Below, piece after piece: positions 1 through 10,252 of a DNA stretch of 64,000 nt (the first letter of the stretch is position 1; every line of letters begins with the position of its first letter). The notes beneath the pieces are model-generated. The model had not been told where the DNA came from, searched no databases, and was given only the letters and a program-made list of their open reading frames with translations. The position numbers and the translations under genes were made by a program. Source of the DNA: an uncultured Pseudomonadales bacterium (lineage in GTDB: Bacteria; Patescibacteriota; Microgenomatia; UBA1400; PJMF01); assembly GCA_964620965.1 (NCBI GenBank), contig CAZUHV010000001.1:85839-149838 (forward strand), written 5' to 3'.

Positions 1-126
1 CTACTTGCGTTTCCAGTTTCAATAAGAATATCTATCAACTGTGTGACAAAAAATTCTCTATCAGATTTAATTTGTTGAGATATTAAACTAGTTATTTTAT
101 TTGCTAGTTTTTTTGTATTACTCATC
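1..126 (-). CDS. partial CDS (N-terminal 42 codons, continues beyond window start); hypothetical protein
   Basis: Reverse complement of 1..126 reads ATG then MSNTKKLANKITSLISQQIKSDREFFVTQLIDILIETGNAS with no stop before the window edge. Too short to appear in the ORF track. An 8-bp perfect inverted repeat CATCTGAT/ATCAGATG overlaps the start codon. Confidence 0.3.
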
Positions 127-157
127 TGATGAGTATCAGATGTGATATAATTAGACA

Positions 158-187
158 TAAAAAAAGTCCCGTGTTTACGGAACTTTC
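158..187 (-). terminator. rho-independent terminator downstream of tRNA-Gln
   Basis: On the minus strand: hairpin AGTTCCGT-aaac-ACGGGACT (8-bp stem, 1 mismatch) followed by a TTTTTTT run, immediately 3' of the tRNA. Confidence 0.5.
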
Positions 188-215
188 TTTATCTAATGTA
201 ATTTTATTTTTCGTG

Positions 216-286
216 ATCCCGAACTAGGATTCGAACCTAGGATAACTGTGCCAGAAACAGTTGTGATGCCACTTCACTATTCGGGA
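216..286 (-). tRNA. tRNA-Gln (anticodon CUG)
   Basis: Hand-folded cloverleaf on the minus strand. Acceptor TCCCGAA/TTCGGGA with a U1-A72 pair (typical of bacterial tRNA-Gln). D stem GTGA/TCAC. Anticodon stem ACTGT/ACAGT with loop TTCTGGC. T arm CTAGG-TTCGAAT-CCTAG. CCA is not encoded. Confidence 0.8.
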
Positions 287-379
287 TAGTAAATACTTTG
301 CAATTATAAATCATCAGTGCAATATTGTTAAGCTTATGTCAGGTTATTGTAAGAATCTATGTGTTAAAATACCCCAAAC

Positions 380-1048
380 ATGAAAAACATACTCATTGTC
401 GAAAATAATAAAACCTTAGCAACAACCCTTGCTACTCACTTAAAAAATAAGAAATTTTTTGTTTCCGTTACTACTACCATAGAAGATTCAATTAAAGAAC
501 TAGAAAACTACTCATATGACTTAGTTATTTTGGATCGAATCTTAGATGACGGTGATGGTATCGAAGTTGCAGAGTTTATCTCGGATTTTTCATATCAAAC
601 AAAGGTTCTAATATTATCAGAAATAGAATCAACAAACGAAAGAATTAGAGGCCTAGAAAGTGGTGCAGATGACTATCTAATCAAACCCTTTTCGCTAACA
701 GAACTTACAATAAAAATCCAAAAACTACTTAATACTCAAAAAATAAAAGAGATTGAGAAACTGTCATTAGGAAAAATAAGTATTATGCCAGAAACTGGTG
801 AACTTAATTTAAATGGAAAAATAAAGCTCATTAGAAAAAAAGAAAGTCAATTACTTTCTTGCTTAATTAGGCACAAAAACCAAGTGGTTAGTAGAGATAA
901 AATCATAAATATTATTTGGTCAGGAAGTTATGATCAACCTACTCAATCAACTTTGGACGTTTATATCAGAAGACTGAGAATTAGGCTAGAAAAATATAGT
1001 TCTTCAATTAAGACTGTAAGAGGCTTTGGTTATATGGCTCTGGAATAG
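380..1048 (+). CDS. OmpR-family response regulator (receiver domain plus winged-helix DNA-binding domain)
   Basis: Receiver motifs LVILD...DGDG and K in LIKPF. C-terminal trans_reg_C-like region (VYIRRLRIRLE...RGFGY). Confidence 0.8.
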   Translation: MKNILIVENNKTLATTLATHLKNKKFFVSVTTTIEDSIKELENYSYDLVILDRILDDGDGIEVAEFISDFSYQTKVLILSEIESTNERIRGLESGADDYLIKPFSLTELTIKIQKLLNTQKIKEIEKLSLGKISIMPETGELNLNGKIKLIRKKESQLLSCLIRHKNQVVSRDKIINIIWSGSYDQPTQSTLDVYIRRLRIRLEKYSSSIKTVRGFGYMALE

Positions 1049-1772
1049 GAAACGTAATTTGAACATGAGTTCCAACTCCATATCCACTTATAATCTTAAA
1101 CGTTCCTTTAAACTCATTTTCTACCGTTTGCTTCACAAAAAATAATCCCAAACCCAAACCATGTTCTTTGTATGAAATACCTCGTACCAATGCTAATTTT
1201 TGAGCAAAATTTGTCATTCCTTTTGCAAAATCTACTATTCCTATAAAAACCTGTCCTTTAATAATCCGAACGGACAAACTAATGTGTGAATGTTTCTTAT
1301 CTTTATATGCTTCATACGCATTGTTTAGTAAGCAAATTATGATTTCCTGAAAGAATAATTTACTGCCAAAAAGTTTTAGTTTTTTAGGCAGATAGTTAGT
1401 GTAAAAGATTGCACAGTTATTTTTATTCTTAAATAACTGTAAAACTTCATTAATCGCCATACCTACCTCGAAAGTATCAGTTTTATTTTCCAAATCCGTA
1501 ATAGAAGCAATTAATTGCGTGAGGTGCTTTACAGCTTGTTCTGCATTTTCCAAATTTTCTATTTTTTCTTTTTCATCTTTTTTATTTTTTAAATTGTCGA
1601 GTGAACAAGACAAAATAGTTAATGGTGTCATACAGGCGTGTCTGAAAACAAAATTATTTTCTAGCCTTACAAGGTCTTGATTTTTTGTGGAATGAAAAAA
1701 TAGTTTATTAACCCTCATGATAGGGTCTACAAGTGACAGCCGGTTAAAAAGGTTCAAAATCCGACTCAACAT
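1008..1772 (-). CDS. sensor histidine kinase (cytoplasmic, HisKA plus HATPase_c)
   Basis: H-box RHACMTPLTIL and G-box GLGLGLFFVKQ. No transmembrane segment. Its 3' end overlaps the convergent response-regulator gene by 41 nt. Confidence 0.7.
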   Translation of the reverse strand: MLSRILNLFNRLSLVDPIMRVNKLFFHSTKNQDLVRLENNFVFRHACMTPLTILSCSLDNLKNKKDEKEKIENLENAEQAVKHLTQLIASITDLENKTDTFEVGMAINEVLQLFKNKNNCAIFYTNYLPKKLKLFGSKLFFQEIIICLLNNAYEAYKDKKHSHISLSVRIIKGQVFIGIVDFAKGMTNFAQKLALVRGISYKEHGLGLGLFFVKQTVENEFKGTFKIISGYGVGTHVQITFPIPEPYNQSLLQS

Positions 1773-1846
1773 AGATTTATCAAATAGCGATTATATGTAA
1801 TGAGTATGTATTTGTAAATACTAAAAAAATTATTAGGTGCGAATAA

Positions 1847-3430
1847 TCAATCTAAAACTAAGTCTTCGAATACACTAGTTATGTTCCAGACTTGCAAACA
1901 TGGACCATTAAAAGGCCTACAATATTCTGCTATCAATAAACTTTTATCTAGCTCAACCTTTAAGTTATCTAACCTATGGGAGTTAACTACAAGCCACTGC
2001 TCATCAAACATTCTTGCACTCTCTGCAAACTTTTGAGGAATTCCAACTACTGGATACCCTACCCCATCTATTGCAATGTTCTCAACATTTCTGTTATGAA
2101 AATATAAATTTAAACCGTCTGGTAATGAGCCAAAAGATCCTTCTGTTGCCACTGCAATTTTTTTTGTTTGTGCTTCTGTTTGAATTAACTCAACCACTTC
2201 CATGAGACCATGTCCGGAAGACCACTCAGTTAAATATTGAACTTTATCCGACTCAACAAACGGAACTTGAGAGCTATTGGTTATAGAAGAGATCATAAAA
2301 ATACTAGAATTACCAATTGTATTTGCTAGTAACAAAACTAAGAAACCCAAAAATAAACTTTTCCATAAGAAGCTTTTGCTCATTTGTTCTGCCCAAATAA
2401 AAAAGTCTTCAATTGCAAAAACGCCGGCTAAAGTTAATGGTAAAACTGCTGGAAATAAGTATCGTGCATAAACCATTCTTCCCATTACTCCGATTGGAAT
2501 AATAAATGCTAATGCTGACCAAAAAAACACATGCACTAACCTTTTATTCTTTTTTGCAAACAACCCCATCAAGATAAACATTATAAAAGTTGGCGTCATG
2601 TATGAAACAAAATAACCAATATAGGTTGGAAAACTTGGAATAGTCTCTTTCCACTTTCCACCTAAAACTTCGGCAAGTGGAAACAAAAAATCGCTTCCTC
2701 TTCCAAATAATTGTGAAAATGAAGGAACTAGTGCAAGTAATCCAAACAAGAAAAATCCAATACTAATACTAAAAAAAACTTTTACTACAGACAAAAAATA
2801 GTTATCTGTTGATTTATTTTTCTTCAAAAAAGGCAGAAAAAACAAAGCAGGTATGAACAAAACCGCAGGAATTTTAGAATACAACGAGAATCCAAAAAAT
2901 AGTCCCGCACCCAATATATTAATCAAGCTTTCTTTTTCAAAAAGTTTCCTTTGCTTCAAACTAACAAATTCTTTTGTTAAAAAGTAAACACTTATTGAAA
3001 TCATTAGTGTCATCAATCCATCAGTTAAAACCATTCGATGATAAAAATACCAAAACGGAAGAATTGTTACGAGCAAACCGGAAAGATATACTGTCTTTTT
3101 ACTTTTAGTTACAAGTGAAGTAATGCCCATTACAACAAAGATCTGTAGTAATCCGATAATTACAGAAACAAAACGTGCAGCATACAGCTGGTTATTAAAT
3201 AGAAACTGAAACGGAGCAACTATCCAAAAAAAGAGTGGTGTTTTTCCGTCGTTCATTGGAAAAAAAAGATATCTAGGTAAGTCGTCAATAATTAGCTGGC
3301 TCCAACGAATATAAATTGCTTCATCAGCAAATACAGGTAATTCTAATAATCCTGAAAGGTGAGTAATTAGATAAAAAAATACAAGCCCTATACTCAATAA
3401 ACCAAACTGTTTCTTTAAAAACGTAAACAT
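1847..3430 (-). CDS. GT-C fold membrane glycosyltransferase (PMT/ArnT-like, polyprenyl-phosphate-sugar dependent)
   Basis: Polytopic membrane protein of 527 aa with an N-terminal FADEAIY motif resembling the DE motif of the GT39/GT83 family. Confidence 0.55.
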   Translation of the reverse strand: MFTFLKKQFGLLSIGLVFFYLITHLSGLLELPVFADEAIYIRWSQLIIDDLPRYLFFPMNDGKTPLFFWIVAPFQFLFNNQLYAARFVSVIIGLLQIFVVMGITSLVTKSKKTVYLSGLLVTILPFWYFYHRMVLTDGLMTLMISISVYFLTKEFVSLKQRKLFEKESLINILGAGLFFGFSLYSKIPAVLFIPALFFLPFLKKNKSTDNYFLSVVKVFFSISIGFFLFGLLALVPSFSQLFGRGSDFLFPLAEVLGGKWKETIPSFPTYIGYFVSYMTPTFIMFILMGLFAKKNKRLVHVFFWSALAFIIPIGVMGRMVYARYLFPAVLPLTLAGVFAIEDFFIWAEQMSKSFLWKSLFLGFLVLLLANTIGNSSIFMISSITNSSQVPFVESDKVQYLTEWSSGHGLMEVVELIQTEAQTKKIAVATEGSFGSLPDGLNLYFHNRNVENIAIDGVGYPVVGIPQKFAESARMFDEQWLVVNSHRLDNLKVELDKSLLIAEYCRPFNGPCLQVWNITSVFEDLVLD

Positions 3431-3432
3431 AC

Positions 3433-4749
3433 TTATATTCTACCTAGTTTTTTCCTGTTTTTAAAAAGATCTTTGATATTAGTAAAAAGATATACCATTG
3501 GAATTACCCAAGTCACTAACCTAGATTGCAACTGAATCTCATCAGAATACTCAAAACTATTTTTTAACCAAGGAACATATCTCAAAAGTGAGCTTAATGA
3601 AAAAATGAGAATCGTGTTTCTTAATGTTTTTTGTTTTATAAACGGAACCCAAACCAAAATCCAGAGCAAATACCATGGTAAAAACTGCTGTGATCTATCG
3701 GTAAAAAGTGGAATGAACAAAACTAAAGCTAAAATTGTTGGAATATATTTTTCAAACCAAGAAGATAGTATCAGTAACCCAGATGCTATGAACTGCGAAG
3801 GAATTGGCAATCTAAATCTGGATTTGATTAAATTGGAATACTTTTCCAAGAAAAATACGAGTAAGAAGACAAATATAAATAATGGCACTATTATAACTGT
3901 TGCTAGCTTAATCGAAATAGAAACTGCAAGTAAAACAGAGGCCAAAACAAAATCTCTAAATAACAATGTTTTAGATTTTTTTAAACTTTGAGGCTGTAGT
4001 AATCTAAGAGTAAGACTTACACCTAAAACTGCCGGAGCCATCATCCATAAATCATTGTGATAGTTTGAAACAACCTCTATTAAAAGCAAAGGATTTAAAA
4101 ATACTAGCGCAAGTTCATGTAAATATAATTTTCTTTTATTTAACGTTTGTGAAAGATGTTGTAATGCAAAATATAAAAAGACCAAACTTACTAGCATAAA
4201 AATTCTAAAGAAAAATAATGTTGGAAGCAATTTTTCCATTCCCAAAAAAGAAGGAATTAAGGACAATCCAGTCCATCCATAGCCATATGGAGCAGTTGTA
4301 TGGGTATTGTGCATAAAACGCACCCAATCATCTATTTGAGCAAAATCGAGCGCAGTTTTTATATGAGGGTTGTATCCCCACTTTAAAACCATTCTTGCAT
4401 TAAATACATAGTTAAAAATATCATGAGAAAGCGCGTTATAAGAAACAAATAACGGTAAAATAATCAAACCATAAACACCCGCATAAACAGACTTAAAACT
4501 AAACTCTGTTTTAGGCTGTTTTTTCTGTAATAAATAAATTGCCCAAATATAACAAAAAAATAACGCCACAATCAAGAAAATATATGCTGCTGTAATAAAC
4601 ACTGGAGCATGATAAAACTCTTTCCACATTCTGAGTTGAAAGTTCCAATAAATAGGATTAGAACTCAAAATTAAGTTTGGCTCTGTCAAGATATATGAGA
4701 ACAGACTATATAAAAATAGTGTTATAATAAAAAATATAGATATAAGCAT
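3433..4749 (-). CDS. polytopic membrane protein, putative GT-C glycosyltransferase
   Basis: At least 10 predicted transmembrane helices. Translationally adjacent to glycosyltransferase genes. No specific motif recognised. Confidence 0.35.
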   Translation of the reverse strand: MLISIFFIITLFLYSLFSYILTEPNLILSSNPIYWNFQLRMWKEFYHAPVFITAAYIFLIVALFFCYIWAIYLLQKKQPKTEFSFKSVYAGVYGLIILPLFVSYNALSHDIFNYVFNARMVLKWGYNPHIKTALDFAQIDDWVRFMHNTHTTAPYGYGWTGLSLIPSFLGMEKLLPTLFFFRIFMLVSLVFLYFALQHLSQTLNKRKLYLHELALVFLNPLLLIEVVSNYHNDLWMMAPAVLGVSLTLRLLQPQSLKKSKTLLFRDFVLASVLLAVSISIKLATVIIVPLFIFVFLLVFFLEKYSNLIKSRFRLPIPSQFIASGLLILSSWFEKYIPTILALVLFIPLFTDRSQQFLPWYLLWILVWVPFIKQKTLRNTILIFSLSSLLRYVPWLKNSFEYSDEIQLQSRLVTWVIPMVYLFTNIKDLFKNRKKLGRI

Positions 4750-4751
4750 CT

Positions 4752-5522
4752 TTATTTGTATTTGCCAAGCATATCAGAAACTCTGATAATAATAATATCT
4801 CGAAGCATCCGTAATGAATCTTTAATTGGACTCACTCTATCAGATTCATGTGCTTGCCAATAGATTGGTACTTCTTTTAATTTGTAGCCTTTTTTTAAAC
4901 CCAAATAGAGAAGCTCAACGTCAAACGCTCCTGTAAATGCGTCTTTTCTTTCTTCCATTTTGCCATAAACATACAAAGAGTTATACAAATCTTCTGTAGC
5001 CTTTTCTGAAAATAACTTGAAACCACACTGAGTATCTAAAATTCCTGGAACAGCTAAAATTCTCACAAACACATTAAAGCCCCAACCCATTAAGTGCCTA
5101 TGAAAAGCTTCTTTGTCTCGTTTCGCACCAACAATCTCTCTAGAACCAATAACAATATCAAAGCCTTCGTTTGCATACTTTAATAATTTTTCGACATCTG
5201 CAAGAGGAGTTGATTGATCAAAATCTGTAAATAATCTCCATTCACCTGTTGCTGCAAGCATCCCAGACTTAACAGTAGGTGCTTTTCCTGCATGCACGTT
5301 ATGTAAAACCTTTATTCTTTTGTCTTTTTTTGCAAAAATATCGAGCTCATCTGCAGTTCCATCTATAGAACCGTCATCACTCATGATAAGTTCCCATTCG
5401 TATGGTTGTTTTTCGAGATATCCCAAAACTTCATCCAAGACACCTCTTTTGAGGTTTTTCATCTCATTATAGGAAGGGATAACTACAGACAAAAATGGTT
5501 TCTTCATATTTGAATCATACAC
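4752..5522 (-). CDS. GT2 glycosyltransferase, dolichyl/polyprenyl-phosphate mannose synthase (Dpm1)-like
   Basis: LSVVIPSYNE...SDDGSIDGT GT-A motifs. No membrane domain. Overlaps the next gene at 5522. Confidence 0.7.
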   Translation of the reverse strand: MYDSNMKKPFLSVVIPSYNEMKNLKRGVLDEVLGYLEKQPYEWELIMSDDGSIDGTADELDIFAKKDKRIKVLHNVHAGKAPTVKSGMLAATGEWRLFTDFDQSTPLADVEKLLKYANEGFDIVIGSREIVGAKRDKEAFHRHLMGWGFNVFVRILAVPGILDTQCGFKLFSEKATEDLYNSLYVYGKMEERKDAFTGAFDVELLYLGLKKGYKLKEVPIYWQAHESDRVSPIKDSLRMLRDIIIIRVSDMLGKYK

Positions 5523-7135
5523 TAATTACTATTTTTCCTTAAGACTGTAATTTCTGGACCATTTGGGATGGTGTACACTTCTGTAGGGATTTTATTTGGA
5601 AAGGTAACAATTTCGTATACTGGAGAGTCAACTTCTTTATCAAACTTCCTCTCTTCATCAATAATGAACAATGTTTCAACTTCACCATATTGCTCTTCAG
5701 GAACTGGAGGTTTTTTAGTTGTAGTTAAAAAGTAACGATAATTTTGCCCATTTATATCACCTGTTGCATTGAGTAAAACAATATTATATTTTTCACCATC
5801 TGCAACTCTATCAACAATTGTGTCAGAAACTGCTTGAATATGTGCAATCGTCCAACCAAGCGAATGTAATATCACTGTGGCGTGATTATAGTTAAACTTA
5901 GCAAAAATAAGTAAATATGCTCCAACAAATAAATAGCCCAATTTTTTTGAAAGCAAGTCGTTCATTACTATTGCTAAAGTAAAGAAAATAACTGGAAAGA
6001 GATATGCTATATAGTGTTCGTAAATATTTTGCTTATATGCTGTTGTTCCCAAAATTCCTGTAAATAGAAAGCTTGCAATAATAAGTTCAGCAGTTATATC
6101 TTTCTTTTTTTGTCTTTTTTTATGAATTACAGCCAAAAATCTCCACAAAATAATACCAGTTAAAATCAAATCAATATATCCTGAATGTTTACCAGCAGCT
6201 ATCTCAGTAACGATCTGTTCTGATCTAAATCGTAAGTCTAGTAAAGTAAGGGTTACTGGATTAGAGTCTTCCGCAATTTCTTTCTTCGAGAAGGCATCTT
6301 CCTTTGTTAAAATATCCAAAAATGCATTTCTATTTAAACCATCATGTTTCAGATCAAATAAAAATAAAGGAGTAAGAGACGCAAAAAAGATGAGTGCTCC
6401 AATTACAGTAGAAACTAACATTGGTTTTATTGTTTTCTTTGCTTTAAGCTTAAGAAATAGCTGATATAGCCACACTAGACCAAAACCTGCCCCAGAAAGC
6501 AGTGTTAAATAGTGCAACTGAATTAAGATTGCAAAACAAACTGTAACTGCAATCCAATATTTCACATCTTTCTTTAGAGCTTTATATGTGAAGAAAATTA
6601 AAAAGAGTGAAACAATTGGTGCTGGATTTGGGTTCCAGCTAAAACGAGTATTATGTGCAACTACAGCAGAAAAACCAAACAGACCACTTGCCCAAAGTGC
6701 AACTTTTTCATCCAAAAACTGCTTGCCAATATAGTACATAAGAAAAACTGTCAAAATTCCTAATAACGCAATTGCATACACAGGTCCCATTGGACTTGGA
6801 TAGGTCAACATTAAAAATGGAACCATAAAGTAATAGTACAAAGGACCTAAGTACATATTACCAACACTCGTTACGGGCCCAATAAAAACAGGATCTAAAT
6901 CTTTAAAAATCTTTGCAACTACCATTGCATCTCGGCCCTGATCTCCCAAAAATTGAACCGTGTTTGGGATGTTATATAAACGTAAAAACGAAGCAATCAA
7001 TAAAATAAATAATAGAACAAAGTGTTTTTGTTCAAATTTTTTAGGCAAGATTTTTTGTAACAAATGCATAAAGAACTTTTTACTTTGTTTTCCAAATAAA
7101 TTTATTATATGCAAAAAAGTTCCAGAACAAACCAA
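5522..7135 (-). CDS. GT-C fold membrane glycosyltransferase (PMT_2/ArnT-like)
   Basis: Polytopic protein with an RLYNIP...GDQGRDA loop and YYYF motifs like ArnT/PMT_2. The true start may be the internal Met at 7069 (MHLLQK), which would reduce the overlap with the upstream gene. Confidence 0.5.
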   Translation of the reverse strand: MVCSGTFLHIINLFGKQSKKFFMHLLQKILPKKFEQKHFVLLFILLIASFLRLYNIPNTVQFLGDQGRDAMVVAKIFKDLDPVFIGPVTSVGNMYLGPLYYYFMVPFLMLTYPSPMGPVYAIALLGILTVFLMYYIGKQFLDEKVALWASGLFGFSAVVAHNTRFSWNPNPAPIVSLFLIFFTYKALKKDVKYWIAVTVCFAILIQLHYLTLLSGAGFGLVWLYQLFLKLKAKKTIKPMLVSTVIGALIFFASLTPLFLFDLKHDGLNRNAFLDILTKEDAFSKKEIAEDSNPVTLTLLDLRFRSEQIVTEIAAGKHSGYIDLILTGIILWRFLAVIHKKRQKKKDITAELIIASFLFTGILGTTAYKQNIYEHYIAYLFPVIFFTLAIVMNDLLSKKLGYLFVGAYLLIFAKFNYNHATVILHSLGWTIAHIQAVSDTIVDRVADGEKYNIVLLNATGDINGQNYRYFLTTTKKPPVPEEQYGEVETLFIIDEERKFDKEVDSPVYEIVTFPNKIPTEVYTIPNGPEITVLRKNSN

Positions 7136-8267
7136 TTATTATTCCAGTTGCGACAAAGACTAACCCTGTATCTATTACTATCCCAATAAGAGGAATTCTG
7201 AACAAATCAAACAAACCAACAAATTTTTCCCCTAAGAAATTTACAATAAGCTGAATAATAATAGAGCCGCTAGAAGTTACATTGAATTGCAAAAATTTGC
7301 CAAATATCTTTGATCTGTCAAGTTTTTTATCAGCAAATGTCCACGCATTATTTAGTAAGAAGTTTGAGGCAATCGCAATTTCTATACTTATAAGAACAGC
7401 CGCTAAAAAGTTTGTGAAAAACCCAACTGTAAATGCTGGTAATAATGCTCGGAAAATTTGTAAAGAAACTAATTGAATCAATGTTCCCATTCCACCAACA
7501 ACTAAAAACTTAAAAATACGGCTTGCTAAAAGATCTGTAGCTCTTAAACGAATTAAATATAGTAATGTATCTTTCATATAATTTAATGGTAATTTTGATT
7601 CCCCAATTGTTCTATCAATAAATTGAAATGGAACTTCTACTATCTTAAAACCTGCCCTAACTGCAGCGTTCAAGAATCCAATCTGGAAAGTATACCCAAG
7701 TAATTCCTTTTCTGTTATTTTTTTAACTACAACATCATAAACTTTTTTGCGAATGGCACGATACCCACCTGTCCAATCTTTTATTTTGAAGTTTGTGAGG
7801 AGTGTCTGTGCAACAAGATTTCCAACTACACTCATAAACTTTCTATGAATTCCCCAGTTTGCTGGAATGCCGCCTCCAGGAATATATCGAGAACCAACAA
7901 CCATATCAGCACCTTCATCAATTGCCTTCATAAATTCTGGTATTTTAGTTGGATCATGAGATAAATCTGCATCAAACTCAAAAACTACTTCAGCTTTAAG
8001 CTCAGTAAATGCTTTTTCCATTCCTTTTAGGTAAGCACCCCCTAAGCCTGCTTTTTTTGGATTTACAAGCAAATGCAAATTTTTATGTTCTTTTTGCATT
8101 TTCTTGACAACTTCGTAAGTTTTATCTGGAGAAGTATCATCTACAACAAGTATCCCCATATTCCAGTTTGAAACTTTTTTGAATTGTTCCTGTAATAACG
8201 GAACAACTTTTTGAATATTTTCCTTTTCGTTATATGTAGGAATAATAACAATTGCTGTTTGTGGCAT
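7080..8267 (-). CDS. GT2 polyprenyl-phosphate sugar synthase fused to a GtrA-like membrane domain
   Basis: IVIIPTYNEKENI...VVDDTSPDKT GT2 motifs. C-terminal four-helix GtrA-like region (FLVVGGMGTLIQL...). Confidence 0.7.
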   Translation of the reverse strand: MPQTAIVIIPTYNEKENIQKVVPLLQEQFKKVSNWNMGILVVDDTSPDKTYEVVKKMQKEHKNLHLLVNPKKAGLGGAYLKGMEKAFTELKAEVVFEFDADLSHDPTKIPEFMKAIDEGADMVVGSRYIPGGGIPANWGIHRKFMSVVGNLVAQTLLTNFKIKDWTGGYRAIRKKVYDVVVKKITEKELLGYTFQIGFLNAAVRAGFKIVEVPFQFIDRTIGESKLPLNYMKDTLLYLIRLRATDLLASRIFKFLVVGGMGTLIQLVSLQIFRALLPAFTVGFFTNFLAAVLISIEIAIASNFLLNNAWTFADKKLDRSKIFGKFLQFNVTSSGSIIIQLIVNFLGEKFVGLFDLFRIPLIGIVIDTGLVFVATGIIIGLFWNFFAYNKFIWKTK

Positions 8268-8302
8268 GGCACTACTTTCTTTTTTGTAGGTCTATTATAG
8301 TG

Positions 8303-9280
8303 TTAATCTTTTGATTTAGCCTCTTTTTCAAGCTCAGACTCAACCATTAATTTAACTAAACCTTCAAAATCAACAGATGGTTTCCATCCAAGCTTTTCAC
8401 GAGCTTTGGTTGGGTCACCAATCAACAAATCAACTTCTGCAGGACGATCAAACTTTGGGTTATGCTTATATATAGCCTCCCAGTCATCGATCTCTGCGAA
8501 TCTACAACTTAGTTGTAAAAACTCTCTCACTGAATGAGTTTCACCTGTAGCAACCACATAATCCTCTGGAGTGTCTTGTTGTAACATCAGCCACATTGCT
8601 TCAACATAATCTTTTGCATATCCCCAGTCACGCTTTGCGTCTAAGTTACCAAGTTCAACAAATTCTTGTTTTCCAAGTTTAACTCTAGCAACTGCATTCG
8701 CAATTTTTCTTGTAACAAACTCTAGTCCACGTCTTGGGGACTCATGGTTAAACAAAATACCAGATACCGCAAACATATCGAAAGACTCTCTATAGTTAAC
8801 AGTAATCCAGTGACCGTATACTTTAGCAACACCATAAGGTGAACGAGGCCAAAATGGGGTTGTTTCTTTTTGAGGAACCTCTTGAACTTTACCAAACATC
8901 TCACTTGAGCTAGCCTGATAAAACTTTGCATGTGGACATGCTAGTCTGACTGCCTCTAAAACACGTGTTACTCCAAGTGCAGTAAATTCACCCGTTAAAA
9001 CTGGTTGATCCCAACTCGCCTTAACAAATGACTGAGCTGCCAAATTATACACTTCATCTGGTTGAATCTCTTTTAATGCATAAGTGAGTGAGTGTTGGTC
9101 AATTAAATCTCCTGAAACTAATTCGAGATTTTCGTTATGAATTAAGTGTTGAATGCGAGCAAAATTTTGAGTACTCGTTCTTCTAGTCAAACCATACACT
9201 TTATACCCTTTTTCTAGAAGTAGTTCTGCAAGGTAAGATCCATCTTGACCAGTAATACCTGTTATAAATGCCTTTTTCAT
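8303..9280 (-). CDS. gmd: GDP-mannose 4,6-dehydratase
   Basis: [31 protein letters not shown]-terminus and the YxxxK SDR core are typical of Gmd. Confidence 0.85.
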   Translation of the reverse strand: MKKAFITGITGQDGSYLAELLLEKGYKVYGLTRRTSTQNFARIQHLIHNENLELVSGDLIDQHSLTYALKEIQPDEVYNLAAQSFVKASWDQPVLTGEFTALGVTRVLEAVRLACPHAKFYQASSSEMFGKVQEVPQKETTPFWPRSPYGVAKVYGHWITVNYRESFDMFAVSGILFNHESPRRGLEFVTRKIANAVARVKLGKQEFVELGNLDAKRDWGYAKDYVEAMWLMLQQDTPEDYVVATGETHSVREFLQLSCRFAEIDDWEAIYKHNPKFDRPAEVDLLIGDPTKAREKLGWKPSVDFEGLVKLMVESELEKEAKSKD

Positions 9281-9295
9281 ATATTCCTTACTATT

Positions 9296-10249
9296 TTAAT
9301 TGTTTCTATACCAATCAATGATTCTTTGTAGTGTTGCATCTAAAGTAATTGTAGGATTCCAACCTAACTCTTTCATTTTAGCATTATTTGCTATCATTTT
9401 TGGAATGTCGTGAGGTCGCATCCTTGACTCGTCAGTAATAACAGAAATCTCTTTTTGAGATAAAGCAAGTAACTTATCCACTATTTCACTCATCTTAATT
9501 CCAACTCCGGAACCAATATTGTATGCTTCACCACTTTTACCAGAATTCATTACTGTTATATATGCACGTACCATATCTTTTACGTCAGTAAAATCTCTAA
9601 TTGTTGAAAGATCACCTACTTTTAACTCAGATGCCTCGCCTCTCTCTATTGCAATTATTTGTTTCACAAAAGCAGGAAGAGCAAAATCGTCAGATTGCCT
9701 CTCGCCGATATGATTAAACGGACGAACTGTAACAATATCTAAACCATAAGAAATGTAATATGAATAAGACAACAAATCTTGAGTAACTTTCGAAACAGCA
9801 TATGGATTGATCGGTCTAAACGGATGATTTTCTGAAACTGGAATTTCGTCATCAGAAATACTCACTCCATACTCTTCTGCAGAGCCAACCACCAGCAATC
9901 GAGTATGTTTACAGTAGTCACGCACAGCCAATAAAACATTTTGTTGCAATTGAATGTTGTTTGCCAATACTGTGTCAGCCTCATCAAAACTTTTTCCAAC
10001 AAACGCTAATGATGCCAAGTGATATATCTGACTTGGCTGTAAATCTTTGATTAGTTGGGCTGTAGCTTCTCTATTGGTTAAGTCAAGAGGATGTATATGA
10101 TCTGCGCCGATCAGTTCAGCTATAAATTCATTCTCACCAGTATACGAAGTGACATGAATATTTGTATATCCTTGCGCAACTAACGCTTCAACTAAGTGTG
10201 ATCCTGCAAACCCTGTTCCACCTGTTATCAATATTTTTGGTTGTTCCAT
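9296..10249 (-). CDS. NAD-dependent epimerase/dehydratase, GDP-4-keto-6-deoxy-D-mannose reductase (Rmd)-like
   Basis: ILITGGTGFAGSHLVEAL Rossmann motif. Located immediately downstream of gmd. Assignment as Rmd versus GDP-fucose synthase is inference. Confidence 0.55.
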   Translation of the reverse strand: MEQPKILITGGTGFAGSHLVEALVAQGYTNIHVTSYTGENEFIAELIGADHIHPLDLTNREATAQLIKDLQPSQIYHLASLAFVGKSFDEADTVLANNIQLQQNVLLAVRDYCKHTRLLVVGSAEEYGVSISDDEIPVSENHPFRPINPYAVSKVTQDLLSYSYYISYGLDIVTVRPFNHIGERQSDDFALPAFVKQIIAIERGEASELKVGDLSTIRDFTDVKDMVRAYITVMNSGKSGEAYNIGSGVGIKMSEIVDKLLALSQKEISVITDESRMRPHDIPKMIANNAKMKELGWNPTITLDATLQRIIDWYRNN

Positions 10250-10252
10250 AAA

